Part shown: positions 11,130 through 19,542 of the stretch, one piece after another
How the letters are laid out: each line of letters begins with the position of its first letter
Position numbering within the stretch: position 1 is the first letter of the stretch
NCBI GenBank assembly: GCA_034658655.1
Contig: JAYEFQ010000004.1
Span: 1 to 63,012, forward strand
Origin: Bacteroidota bacterium
Lineage (GTDB): Bacteria > Bacteroidota > Bacteroidia > Bacteroidales > ML635J-15
Length of the DNA: 63,012 nucleotides
Direction: 5' to 3'
Position numbers and translations under genes: made by a program
The notes under the pieces: generated by a model
What the model saw: only the letters and a program-made list of their open reading frames with translations
Told to the model about the DNA's origin: nothing
The model's database searches: none

Positions 11130-13003
11130 GAAGTTTATTGCAGGCGGAAAATATTTCTAAACGGTTTGGTGATAATCTGCTTTTTGAAAACATATCAGTT
11201 AGTGTTTCTGAAGGACAAAAAATTGCATTGATTGCCAAAAATGGAACGGGAAAATCGACCTTGTTAAATATTCTTGCAGGGACAGACACTCCAGATGAGG
11301 GCAAGTTATCGATTGTTCAAGATTTACGAATCGGGTTTTTGCCACAAGATATTATGTTGGATGACTTCAAAACAGTCATTGATGCGATTTTTCATCTTGA
11401 TTCTCCTTTAATGAATGCTGTTCGCGAGTATAGCAGAGCACTTACCTCCAGTGATTCGGATAAGTTACAAGCCGGCATTGACGAAATGGATCGGCTTGAT
11501 GCATGGGATTTGGAGTTGAAAATGAAACAAATTCTTACGGTATTGAAAATTGACGAAATTGATAAGAAAGTCGGTCAATTAAGCGGTGGCGAGCAAAAAC
11601 GTGTGGCATTGTCTGCGGTTTTGCTCGAAGAACCCGACTTATTAATTCTCGATGAGCCAACAAACCATTTGGATTTGAATATGATTGAGTGGGTAGAGAA
11701 TTTCTTAATTCAGAGTGGAAAAACACTTCTGATGGTAACGCATGATCGCTATTTTTTAGATCGCGTGTGTAATGTTATTATGGAAATTGATGATAATCAG
11801 CTATTCACCTACAAGGGGAATTATTCATATTATCTTGAAAAACGACAGGAACGAAAAGAAAATCAAGTGGTTGTAGCTGAAAAGGCTGAAAACCTCTTGA
11901 GAAGTGAATCGGAATGGATGCGCCGTATGCCAAAAGCCCGAGGAACAAAATCAAAATTCCGAGTTGATAATTATTATGAGCTGAAGCAAAAAGCGGAGCA
12001 GAAACGAGAACAAGCAATGAATATTGCCATCCCTTCTACTCGTTTGGGCAGTAAAATATTTGACATTTTTAATTTAACAAAAGGGTTTGATGAAAATATT
12101 CTGATTAAGGATTTTAACTATAAATTTGCACCTTTTGAGAAAATTGGAATTGTCGGGGCAAATGGAACCGGAAAAACTACTTTTTTAGAATTGTTGGTAG
12201 GGCACTTGAAGCCAGATTCAGGAAGAATTGAAGTAGGACAAACTGTAAATTTGGCTTATTATCGACAAAATGGAATGAATTTTAACGAGGAAGACCGTGT
12301 GATTGATGCCGTTACTAAAATTGCAGAAAATGTTCAATTAGATAAGGACAAGAATTTTTCGGCACAGCAATTTTTACTCTATTTTATGTTTCCCGTGCCA
12401 AAGCAGCAGCAACAAATAAAAACATTGAGTGGAGGAGAAAAACGACGGTTGTATCTATGTACTGTCTTAATGACAAAGCCAAATTTTTTGATTCTTGATG
12501 AGCCAACCAACGATTTGGATATAATAACTTTGCAGGTTTTAGAAGATTACCTTCTGCAATTCAATGGATCCATGCTTATTGTGTCTCACGACCGATATTT
12601 TATGGATAAAATTGTGGATCATATGTTTGTTTTTGACGGCAAAGGAAATGTCAAAGATTTTCCCGGAAATTACTCAGTTTACCGTTCGAAAAATGACTTT
12701 GAGGAGCGGGTTGAAAAATTGAATTCATCAAAGAAAAAGGGAACGAAAAAAAAAGCTGAATCAAAACAATCAGTCAATAATTACTCCAATAGATTATCGT
12801 ATAAGGAAAAAATGGAGTTCGAAAAACTTGATAAGGAAATTTCGGCATTGAGTAGTGAAAAACAAAACTTAGAAGCAGATTTAGCATCTGGAGCGCTATC
12901 TGTAGATGCATTACAAGAAAAATCTAAGCGCTTTTCTGAAGTTAGTGATTTGCTGGACGAAAAAGAAATGCGTTGGTTGGAGTTGAGTGAAAAGCAGGGG
13001 TGA
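11126..13003 (+). CDS. ABC-F family ATPase (second paralogue)
   Basis: Walker [10 protein letters not shown] and GANGTGKTT. Signatures LSGGEQKR and LSGGEKRR. Coiled-coil C-terminus. ATGA overlap with the trmD stop. Confidence 0.92.
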   Translation: MRSLLQAENISKRFGDNLLFENISVSVSEGQKIALIAKNGTGKSTLLNILAGTDTPDEGKLSIVQDLRIGFLPQDIMLDDFKTVIDAIFHLDSPLMNAVREYSRALTSSDSDKLQAGIDEMDRLDAWDLELKMKQILTVLKIDEIDKKVGQLSGGEQKRVALSAVLLEEPDLLILDEPTNHLDLNMIEWVENFLIQSGKTLLMVTHDRYFLDRVCNVIMEIDDNQLFTYKGNYSYYLEKRQERKENQVVVAEKAENLLRSESEWMRRMPKARGTKSKFRVDNYYELKQKAEQKREQAMNIAIPSTRLGSKIFDIFNLTKGFDENILIKDFNYKFAPFEKIGIVGANGTGKTTFLELLVGHLKPDSGRIEVGQTVNLAYYRQNGMNFNEEDRVIDAVTKIAENVQLDKDKNFSAQQFLLYFMFPVPKQQQQIKTLSGGEKRRLYLCTVLMTKPNFLILDEPTNDLDIITLQVLEDYLLQFNGSMLIVSHDRYFMDKIVDHMFVFDGKGNVKDFPGNYSVYRSKNDFEERVEKLNSSKKKGTKKKAESKQSVNNYSNRLSYKEKMEFEKLDKEISALSSEKQNLEADLASGALSVDALQEKSKRFSEVSDLLDEKEMRWLELSEKQG

Positions 13004-13240
13004 TTTTCCCGATTTTTAATGTATTCAATTAAAGCATTTTTTTCTTTAATGGAATATGTAATGCCAAGTTGTATTCAATCCCTTCAGGGTAGATGAGCAT
13101 AGGGGGTTAGGTATTACCGGGTTTACCGGTGGTTATTTATGTTGAAGCCATCAGGCTTCATTGCAATAAGTTATTCATCTTAACGTTAATTTATCGAATT
13201 GAAATTACTAGCATTGAAAATCTTATCTTATCTTTGTCCT

Positions 13241-14680
13241 ATGCGAATATTTGTCGTTATATCGTTTTGTTTTAGCTTGCTTGTCATAATTTCTTCTTGC
13301 GAGCGAAACCAATATACAAGCAGCCCGTCGGATAAGCTTACGTTTTCAACGGATACTGTTCAGTTTGATACGATTTTCACAAGTATTGGGTCAACTACGC
13401 AATATTTAACGGTTATTAATCCGCATAGTAAGTCCATGAAAATTGATGAAATCGTCTTGGCGAGAGGAGATGCTTCGGTGTTTCGTCTTAATATCGACGG
13501 ATGCCCCGGAAATCAAATTTCAGATATAGAAATTGCTGCTGAAGATTCACTTTTTATTTTTGTTGAGGTAACCATTAATCCTTCTGAAAATGATATGGTA
13601 GAGCAAGATTCCATTGTATTTGTATCAAACGGAAATGCTCAGGATGTTGATTTAGTTGCCTTTGGACAAAATGTATTTTTAGTGAATGGCGAGTACGTAT
13701 TAAATGATACAACATGGACTCCAGAGCGGCCAATTTTAATCTATAATTCTGTCTTAGTTGAGGATGATGTCACCTTGCAAATTGAGGCTGGCACGCAATT
13801 ACATTTTCACTATGGATCGAGCATGCTTGTGAACGGCACCCTAAAAGTGAACGGAGAAAAAGACAATATGGTGGTTTTTCAAGGCGATCGGCTTGAAAGT
13901 GCGTACGATGATATTCCGGGACAATGGGGCGCGTGGATTACCCTTGAGGGCGGTGGAATTTATTTGCTCGGTGGTGTTCATTTTTTACCCGGGAGTAAGT
14001 ACAATGAAATGCGATATGCTGAGGTGAAAAACTCAATTATTGGGATTCGTGCCGATACAGTGGTTACGCCTGGAATTCCTACTGTAACTATAGATAACTG
14101 CATTGTTCAACATATGAATGTGGCTGGATTATACGGTGCTGGGGCTCATATTACAGCAGAAAACTCTGTGTTCTTAGATTGTGGACAATACACAGCCGCA
14201 TTGTTTTACGGCGGATTATACAATTTTAAACATTGTACATTTGCTAATTATTTTGCGGGTAGCCGTCAAAGTAGTTCTTTGGCTTTAAATAATTACCTTG
14301 TGTATGATGATGGCAATGGAACTGTGCTTGATACTCGTCCCTTTGATGCCTATTTTGGAAATTGTATCATTTATGGTAACTTGTCCGAGGAAATAATGAT
14401 TGATTTGGATTTAGAATTTGGTAGTGATTATCAATTTGAAAATTCCTTGATAAAAACCGGTGAAGATATTGAAAATGAACATTTTGTGAATGTGATTAAT
14501 AATCAGGATCCTAAATTTATTGATCCATATGATATGTATGATTTTCGTTTAGATTCGCTTTCTCCGGCAATAGATGCAGGGAAAATTGAAATCGGACAAC
14601 AAGTGCCAACTGATTTTGATGGAAATAGCCGATTAACAGATGAAGGTCCGGATTTAGGAGCCTTTGAACGAATTGAATAA
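13241..14680 (+). CDS. Hypothetical lipoprotein with right-handed beta-helix-like C-terminal region
   Basis: Lipobox-like VIISSC after the ATG at 13241 (ORF-track start 13199 is TTG). C-terminal DFRLDSLSPAIDAG...DFDGNSR...DLGAFE resembles parallel beta-helix protein tails. Confidence 0.6.
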   Translation: MRIFVVISFCFSLLVIISSCERNQYTSSPSDKLTFSTDTVQFDTIFTSIGSTTQYLTVINPHSKSMKIDEIVLARGDASVFRLNIDGCPGNQISDIEIAAEDSLFIFVEVTINPSENDMVEQDSIVFVSNGNAQDVDLVAFGQNVFLVNGEYVLNDTTWTPERPILIYNSVLVEDDVTLQIEAGTQLHFHYGSSMLVNGTLKVNGEKDNMVVFQGDRLESAYDDIPGQWGAWITLEGGGIYLLGGVHFLPGSKYNEMRYAEVKNSIIGIRADTVVTPGIPTVTIDNCIVQHMNVAGLYGAGAHITAENSVFLDCGQYTAALFYGGLYNFKHCTFANYFAGSRQSSSLALNNYLVYDDGNGTVLDTRPFDAYFGNCIIYGNLSEEIMIDLDLEFGSDYQFENSLIKTGEDIENEHFVNVINNQDPKFIDPYDMYDFRLDSLSPAIDAGKIEIGQQVPTDFDGNSRLTDEGPDLGAFERIE

Positions 14681-14692
14681 GCCAATAAAATT

Positions 14693-15739
14693 ATGATACG
14701 ATACACCATTTTTGTTTTTTTGACACTGTTTGTATTTCAGCTTTCCGCACAATCGGAAAATGAAAGTTCTGAACGCAGTTTTCGCTACATGTTTTATAAT
14801 GTAGAAAATTTGTTTGATACAGAAGATGATCCTGATAAATGGGATGAGGAGTTTACGCCTTCTGAAGGGAAGTTTTGGAATAAATATCGATATAAAGATA
14901 AGTTATTTAAAATTTATCAAGTGATTACGGCAGTAGGAGGTTGGAAAACTCCGGAAATCATTGGCGTTTGCGAAATCGAAAATCGTAAAGTGCTGGAAGA
15001 TTTAATATCAAGAACTCCACTATTTAATGCTGGATATAAAATAATACATTTTGAATCTCCTGACTCTCGTGGAATTGATGTGGGAATGCTTTATCGTGAA
15101 AATGCTTTTGAACCCTTAATCCAGAAAAAAATCCCTGTTAAGTTTTCTGATAATCAGCGATCTACCCGTGATATTTTGTACGTAAAAGGCGTTGTGTATT
15201 CTGTGGATACTATTCATATTTATGTTAACCACTGGCCATCACGTTGGGGCGGACAATTAGAGACGGAAAAAAAGCGTATGCGTGCAGCGTCGATTTTGCG
15301 AAAACATGTGGATTCTGTTTTTCATGCCGATAAGAATCCCAATATCATAATCTCTGGTGACTTGAATGATTATCCAGATAATAAATCATTAACTGAAAAC
15401 TTGCGGGCACATACTGATAATTATGATAAATCACGAGATGAGGTATTATATAATTTATCGTATTATTTGCAATTTCATGAGAAACAGGGTTCACACAAAT
15501 ATCATGGCGAATGGGGTGTGCTTGATCAATTGATTGTTTCCGGCAACCTATTAAATAAATCACAAACTTTACAAACGTCCTTAAATCATGTATCCGTTTT
15601 TTCGGAAGAATTTTTGCTTGAAGATGATGAAAAATATACTGGAAAAATTCCAAATCGTACCTATATTGGATACAAATACCATGGTGGATTTTCAGATCAC
15701 TTACCGGTTTATATTGATTGCTTTAAAAATGAAAAATAA
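14693..15739 (+). CDS. Secreted endonuclease/exonuclease/phosphatase (EEP) family protein
   Basis: Signal peptide; FYNVENLFD near the N-terminus; GGFSDHLPV near the C-terminus. Confidence 0.85.
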   Translation: MIRYTIFVFLTLFVFQLSAQSENESSERSFRYMFYNVENLFDTEDDPDKWDEEFTPSEGKFWNKYRYKDKLFKIYQVITAVGGWKTPEIIGVCEIENRKVLEDLISRTPLFNAGYKIIHFESPDSRGIDVGMLYRENAFEPLIQKKIPVKFSDNQRSTRDILYVKGVVYSVDTIHIYVNHWPSRWGGQLETEKKRMRAASILRKHVDSVFHADKNPNIIISGDLNDYPDNKSLTENLRAHTDNYDKSRDEVLYNLSYYLQFHEKQGSHKYHGEWGVLDQLIVSGNLLNKSQTLQTSLNHVSVFSEEFLLEDDEKYTGKIPNRTYIGYKYHGGFSDHLPVYIDCFKNEK

Positions 15740-15744
15740 GTGGA

Positions 15745-15926
15745 TTAATTAGTGTCTGTCCATTTAGTCGGAGTCTGATTCATAAAGTTCGAGTTCAAGG
15801 TGTTATGCTGAGCTTGCCGAAGTACTTGTGAAGTATTTAAAATCAAGGAGTCCGCCAGCTGGCGGATGACTGTTTTAAATACGAACATAACGCAGAAATC
15901 GGACTTTATGGACAGACTCTAATTAA
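15745..15926. mobile_element. MITE-like ~182-bp imperfect palindromic element with 19-bp terminal inverted repeats
   Basis: TTAATTAGTGTCTGTCCAT (15745-15763) versus the reverse complement of 15908-15926 (TTAATTAGAGTCTGTCCAT) matches 18/19. Nested arm pairs (cataaagt.., gttatg.., gtatttaaaa..). Central perfect palindrome CCGCCAGCTGGCGG at 15852-15865. Confidence 0.6.
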
Positions 15927-16010
15927 ATGGAATCCCAATTTTAGTTTCTTAAATATTTTTAAGTCATATATATATTGTGTAATTTTGATAAAATTAAAAA
16001 CATTTATATT

Positions 16011-17090
16011 ATGTGTGCAAAACTTTCAAATACAATTCAAGCCGGAGTGGTTACCGGTGGTGATGTTCAAAAAATTCTTCAGCATGCAAGAGAAAACCAG
16101 TATGCAATGCCTGCTGTAAATATTATTGGAACCAATTCTGCAAATGCTGTGCTTGAGGTAGCACGTGAGGTGAAATCGCCGGTAATTATTCAGTTATCAA
16201 ACGGCGGAGCGCATTTCTTTGCTGGAAAAGGTTTGTCAAATGACAATGAAATGGCTGCAATTGCAGGTGCAGTTTCTGCAGCACAGCATATTCATCATAT
16301 GGCTGAACTTTATGAAGTGCCGGTAATTTTACATACCGATCATGCAGCAAAAAAATTATTGCCGTGGATTGATGGTTTGCTTGATGCCGGTGAAGAGTTT
16401 TTCGAAGCCTACGGGAAACCACTGTTTTCATCTCACATGATTGATCTTTCCGCAGAAACACTTGAGGAAAACGTGCAAACTTGTAAAAAATACTTAGCAC
16501 GTATGGATAAAATCGGAATGACACTTGAAATTGAATTGGGTGTTACCGGTGGCGAAGAAGATGGTGTTGATAATACCGATATTGATAACTCTAAGCTATA
16601 CACTCAGCCCGAAGATGTTGCATATGCATACAATGAATTAATTCAGATTAGCGATAAATTTACAATTGCTGCATCATTCGGAAATGTGCATGGCGTTTAC
16701 AAACCCGGAAATGTCCGTTTGGAGCCTGTTATTCTCAAGAACTCTCAATCTTATATCCAAGAAAAATTCAATACTTCAAAAAATCCAGTGAATTTTGTTT
16801 TTCATGGTGGATCAGGTTCTTCTCAAGAGCATATTAGGGAGGCAATTTCATACGGAGTAATTAAAATGAATATTGATACTGATACACAATGGGCTTTCTG
16901 GAATGGCGTGCGTGAGTATTACTTGAAAAATGAAGCATATTTACAAGGACAAATCGGAAATCCTCACGGTGAAGATAATCCCAATAAAAAATATTATGAT
17001 CCAAGAAAGTGGTTGAGAGCCGCTGAAGATTCAATAAAAGAACGAGTCAAGTTAGCTTTCGATGACTTGAACTGTATAGATCAATATTAA
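16011..17090 (+). CDS. fba: Class II fructose-bisphosphate aldolase
   Basis: ILHTDHAAK and FVFHGGSGS motifs. ATG at 16011 preferred over the TTG at 15975. TAATTTTG -7-like box at 15980-15987. Confidence 0.95.
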   Translation: MCAKLSNTIQAGVVTGGDVQKILQHARENQYAMPAVNIIGTNSANAVLEVAREVKSPVIIQLSNGGAHFFAGKGLSNDNEMAAIAGAVSAAQHIHHMAELYEVPVILHTDHAAKKLLPWIDGLLDAGEEFFEAYGKPLFSSHMIDLSAETLEENVQTCKKYLARMDKIGMTLEIELGVTGGEEDGVDNTDIDNSKLYTQPEDVAYAYNELIQISDKFTIAASFGNVHGVYKPGNVRLEPVILKNSQSYIQEKFNTSKNPVNFVFHGGSGSSQEHIREAISYGVIKMNIDTDTQWAFWNGVREYYLKNEAYLQGQIGNPHGEDNPNKKYYDPRKWLRAAEDSIKERVKLAFDDLNCIDQY

Positions 17091-17108
17091 AACAAAATAA
17101 TTGTATTG

Positions 17109-17140
17109 AAAAGCGTTGCCGAAAAACAGCGCTTTTTTTT
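17109..17140 (+). terminator. Rho-independent terminator after fba
   Basis: Stem aaaagcgttg (17109-17118) pairs with cagcgctttt (17127-17136), including one G-T wobble, with an 8-nt loop. The paired T's are part of an 8-T run ending at 17140. Confidence 0.8.
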
Positions 17141-17206
17141 GAGCAAAACATCCTGTACATTTTCAGAAATTGATGTAATACCACTTTAAAATGCAAAAAA
17201 CAAGCA

Positions 17207-17321
17207 AGCTTTTCATATTTTACATGATTTATTAATCAAAATTGCAAGTATAATGCCGATGTAGATTCAACACCGATAGGCGTAGCATATCGGTAGTTTT
17301 GAATCACAATCGGCATTACAT
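17207..17321 (+). repeat. Copy 1 of a ~110-nt dispersed repeat containing a ~70-nt three-segment hairpin
   Basis: Near-identical to 61189-61295. TAATGCCGAT/ATCGGCATTA, GATTCAA/TTGAATC and ACCGATA/TATCGGT stems surround a 9-nt loop GGCGTAGCA. Confidence 0.9.
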
Positions 17322-17355
17322 AATTTACACTATCTTTCGCAAGAGTAAAAAAGTA

Positions 17356-17439
17356 AACTCGTTTATATATACTTAGCATACGGATAGTAATGTTTGCTTA
17401 TTAGGCGTTTGTGAATGGAGGTGTATATATAAACGAGTT
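17356..17439. repeat. Perfect 17-bp inverted repeat with 50-nt spacer
   Basis: AACTCGTTTATATATAC (17356-17372) is the exact reverse complement of GTATATATAAACGAGTT (17423-17439). Confidence 0.9.
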
Positions 17440-17512
17440 GTGGGGTATGGCAGAAACTCCAAGAGAACAGACACTTTAATAAAAACATTGTACCTTTGAA
17501 TGAAAAATTAAA

Positions 17513-17740
17513 ATGGAAGAGGAAACAATTAAACTAGAACTAATCGAATGGCTTACAAAGCTTAATGATTTAGAAATACTTAACTATTTGAAAGTTGTTA
17601 AGGAATCGACATCTTCAAAAAATGATTGGTGGAATGACCTTCCCGAACAACAAATTCAAGGAATTCAAAGGGGACTAAAAGATATAGACGAAGGCAGAGT
17701 AGTTTCGCAAAATGTTGTAAAGAAAAAATATGGATTATGA
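17513..17740 (+). CDS. Putative type II antitoxin / addiction-module component
   Basis: 75 aa. C-terminal GIQRGLKDIDEGRVVSQNVVKKKYG resembles Bacteroidota partners of RelE/ParE toxins. Overlaps the start of a toxin-like reading frame. Confidence 0.6.
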   Translation: MEEETIKLELIEWLTKLNDLEILNYLKVVKESTSSKNDWWNDLPEQQIQGIQRGLKDIDEGRVVSQNVVKKKYGL

Positions 17741-17944
17741 AATATTTTGGACAGATGAAGCTATTCAAAATCTTGAAGAAATAATTGATTATTTATTAAC
17801 TAGGTGGACACAAAGAGAAGTTGAAAACTTTAAAACAAAGCTGTCTTAAGCAGGCCGACTTCGATTTTTTATGAGACATAAGATAATGTGATTTATATTG
17901 TATATGTATTTGTAAATCCCAAGAGTTCGGATAGACTAAAATAA
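17730..17944 (+). pseudogene. Disrupted RelE/ParE-family toxin gene (N-terminal 39 codons, then stop; C-terminal fragment in another frame)
   Basis: ATG 17730 gives MDYEIFWTDEAIQNLEEIIDYLLTRWTQREVENFKTKLS, then TAA at 17847-17849. Frame-shifted 17882-17944 gives DNVIYIVYVFVNPKSSDRLK followed by a stop. The total span is shorter than an intact toxin of this family. Confidence 0.6.
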
Positions 17945-18106
17945 ACCACGACATCATAACTGCAAATATATATCAGCTGCGCGAGTTTAACGCGCCAGAG
18001 AAAACGCGGTCTATACGTATTTGCAACCGTAAAAGCGGAAAACTTTAGGCAGCATCCTATACAGAAGCGTACAAAGCGCCTGATAATTTTTAAAAATGCT
18101 TCACTA

Positions 18107-18136
18107 TTGAATTATGTCATAGAATTTTTATCTTTG
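18107..18136 (+). promoter_or_regulatory. Putative promoter for the transporter pair (-7 TATCTTTG)
   Basis: TATCTTTG at 18129-18136 lies 28 nt upstream of ATG 18165. Weak -33 (ATTG) ends at 18109. Confidence 0.35.
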
Positions 18137-18164
18137 AATCGTAATCAAGAAATAAAATATTATT

Positions 18165-19532
18165 ATGTCAGGTAATATTCAGGGTTCCCGTGATGGGTTT
18201 ACTTCAAAATTCGGTGTAGTTGCAGCAGCTGCTGGATCAGCTGTCGGATTAGGTAATATCTGGAGATTTCCATATATAGCTGGAGAAAATGGCGGCGGTG
18301 CATTTTTATTAATTTATCTCGGATTTATTCTAACAATTGGTGTGTCCGTAATGCTCGCTGAATTTATTATCGGACGGCGTTCGCAATCAAATGCACTCGG
18401 GGCATTTAAAAAATTAGCTCCCGGTTCCATATGGTGGATAGTTGGAGTAATGGGTATTGTTGCAGCTTTTGTGATTCTGGCATTTTACACCACTATTGCA
18501 GGATGGACACTCGAGTATTTAATACAGGCAATTGGGAATGGATTTTCAGGAAAAAATTCCGCTGAAATCAGCGGAATGTTTGATACGTTTCAACATAGTA
18601 CAGTACGACCACTTCTCTGGCAATTGCTTTTTATGGGCTTAACTGCTGCGGTTATCCTCGGTGGTGTTCAAAAAGGAATCGAAAAATATACCAAATTGCT
18701 AATGCCAATGCTTGTCGTGCTTATTGTAATTATGTGCGTGCGCTCAGTTACTTTGGATGGTGCAGGAGAGGGCCTGAAGTTTTTATTTAAACCCGATTTT
18801 TCTAAAATTACCGGAAATGTGGTGCTCGAAGCACTCGGACAAGCTTTCTTTTCAATGAGCATCGGCATGGGAGCTTTAATTACTTATGGCTCGTATGTGC
18901 AAAAAAATAATCACTTACCAAGTACAACCTTCCAAATTGCACTGGCAGATACCGGAATTGCAATCTTGGCTGGAGTAATGATTTTTCCTGCTGTGTTTGC
19001 CTTTGGAGTACAGCCTGATGCAGGTACAGGCTTGGTTTTTCAGGTTCTACCGATTATTTTCCAGCAAATGCCAGGTGGATACATTTTTGGCGTTGTATTC
19101 TTTTTATTACTTTTACTTGCTGCGTTAACATCTACCATTTCTTTATTAGAGGTTGTCGTTGCATGGGCAATTGAAGAATTGAAAATGACACGAAGAAAAG
19201 CAACGATCTTATTTGCAATTGCCATTTCTGTCCTTGGTGTTTTGGCAACTCTGTCGTTTTCTGAACTTAGTGAGTTTAAACTCTTCGGGAAAACTATTTT
19301 TGATAACTTAGACTGGTTGTCTGCAAACTTATTATTGCCCCTAGGTGGTGTTTTTATTGTGGTTTTTCTGGGTTGGATACTTGGTCCGAAAATTATCGCC
19401 GACGAGGTTACTAATCAGGGTGAAATTAAAATGAAATTGTTTAAAATATTTATTTTTATTGTCCGATACCTTGCTCCAATTGCAATTTTGCTCGTTTTCT
19501 TAAATGGAATTGGGGTGTTCGGTGGAAATTAA
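18165..19532 (+). CDS. Sodium-dependent transporter, NSS/SNF family
   Basis: GLGNIWRFPY motif; about 11-12 hydrophobic segments. Confidence 0.9.
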   Translation: MSGNIQGSRDGFTSKFGVVAAAAGSAVGLGNIWRFPYIAGENGGGAFLLIYLGFILTIGVSVMLAEFIIGRRSQSNALGAFKKLAPGSIWWIVGVMGIVAAFVILAFYTTIAGWTLEYLIQAIGNGFSGKNSAEISGMFDTFQHSTVRPLLWQLLFMGLTAAVILGGVQKGIEKYTKLLMPMLVVLIVIMCVRSVTLDGAGEGLKFLFKPDFSKITGNVVLEALGQAFFSMSIGMGALITYGSYVQKNNHLPSTTFQIALADTGIAILAGVMIFPAVFAFGVQPDAGTGLVFQVLPIIFQQMPGGYIFGVVFFLLLLLAALTSTISLLEVVVAWAIEELKMTRRKATILFAIAISVLGVLATLSFSELSEFKLFGKTIFDNLDWLSANLLLPLGGVFIVVFLGWILGPKIIADEVTNQGEIKMKLFKIFIFIVRYLAPIAILLVFLNGIGVFGGN

Positions 19533-19542
19533 AACTAATTGT

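Noticed and set aside
13060-13190. GC-richer stretch with small hairpins (CCCT/AGGG, ACCGG/CCGGT, TGAAGCC/GGCTTCA) between the second ABC-F gene and the beta-helix lipoprotein gene. Considered as a riboswitch or small RNA.
   Set aside because: It matches no riboswitch, SRP, 6S, RNase P or tmRNA core motif that I can recognise. The stems are short and there is no second copy in the window. It is left unannotated; a covariance-model scan would settle it.
17245-17257. 13-nt identity (AATGCCGATGTAG) between the hairpin repeat and the 5-prime end of tRNA-Thr(TGT) at 23695-23707, which hints at a tRNA-derived element or tRNA-directed att site.
   Set aside because: A single 13-mer match in a 63-kb AT-rich window is within chance expectation. 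The rest of the repeat folds as a rod, not a cloverleaf, and shows no further tRNA similarity.
17945-18164. Expected a glycine or other amino-acid riboswitch upstream of the SNF and AGCS symporter genes.
   Set aside because: None of the conserved glycine-riboswitch elements, as I recall them (GGAGAG ... ACCGAAGGGGCAA-type cores), are present. Only a short GCGCG/CGCGC stem is visible.
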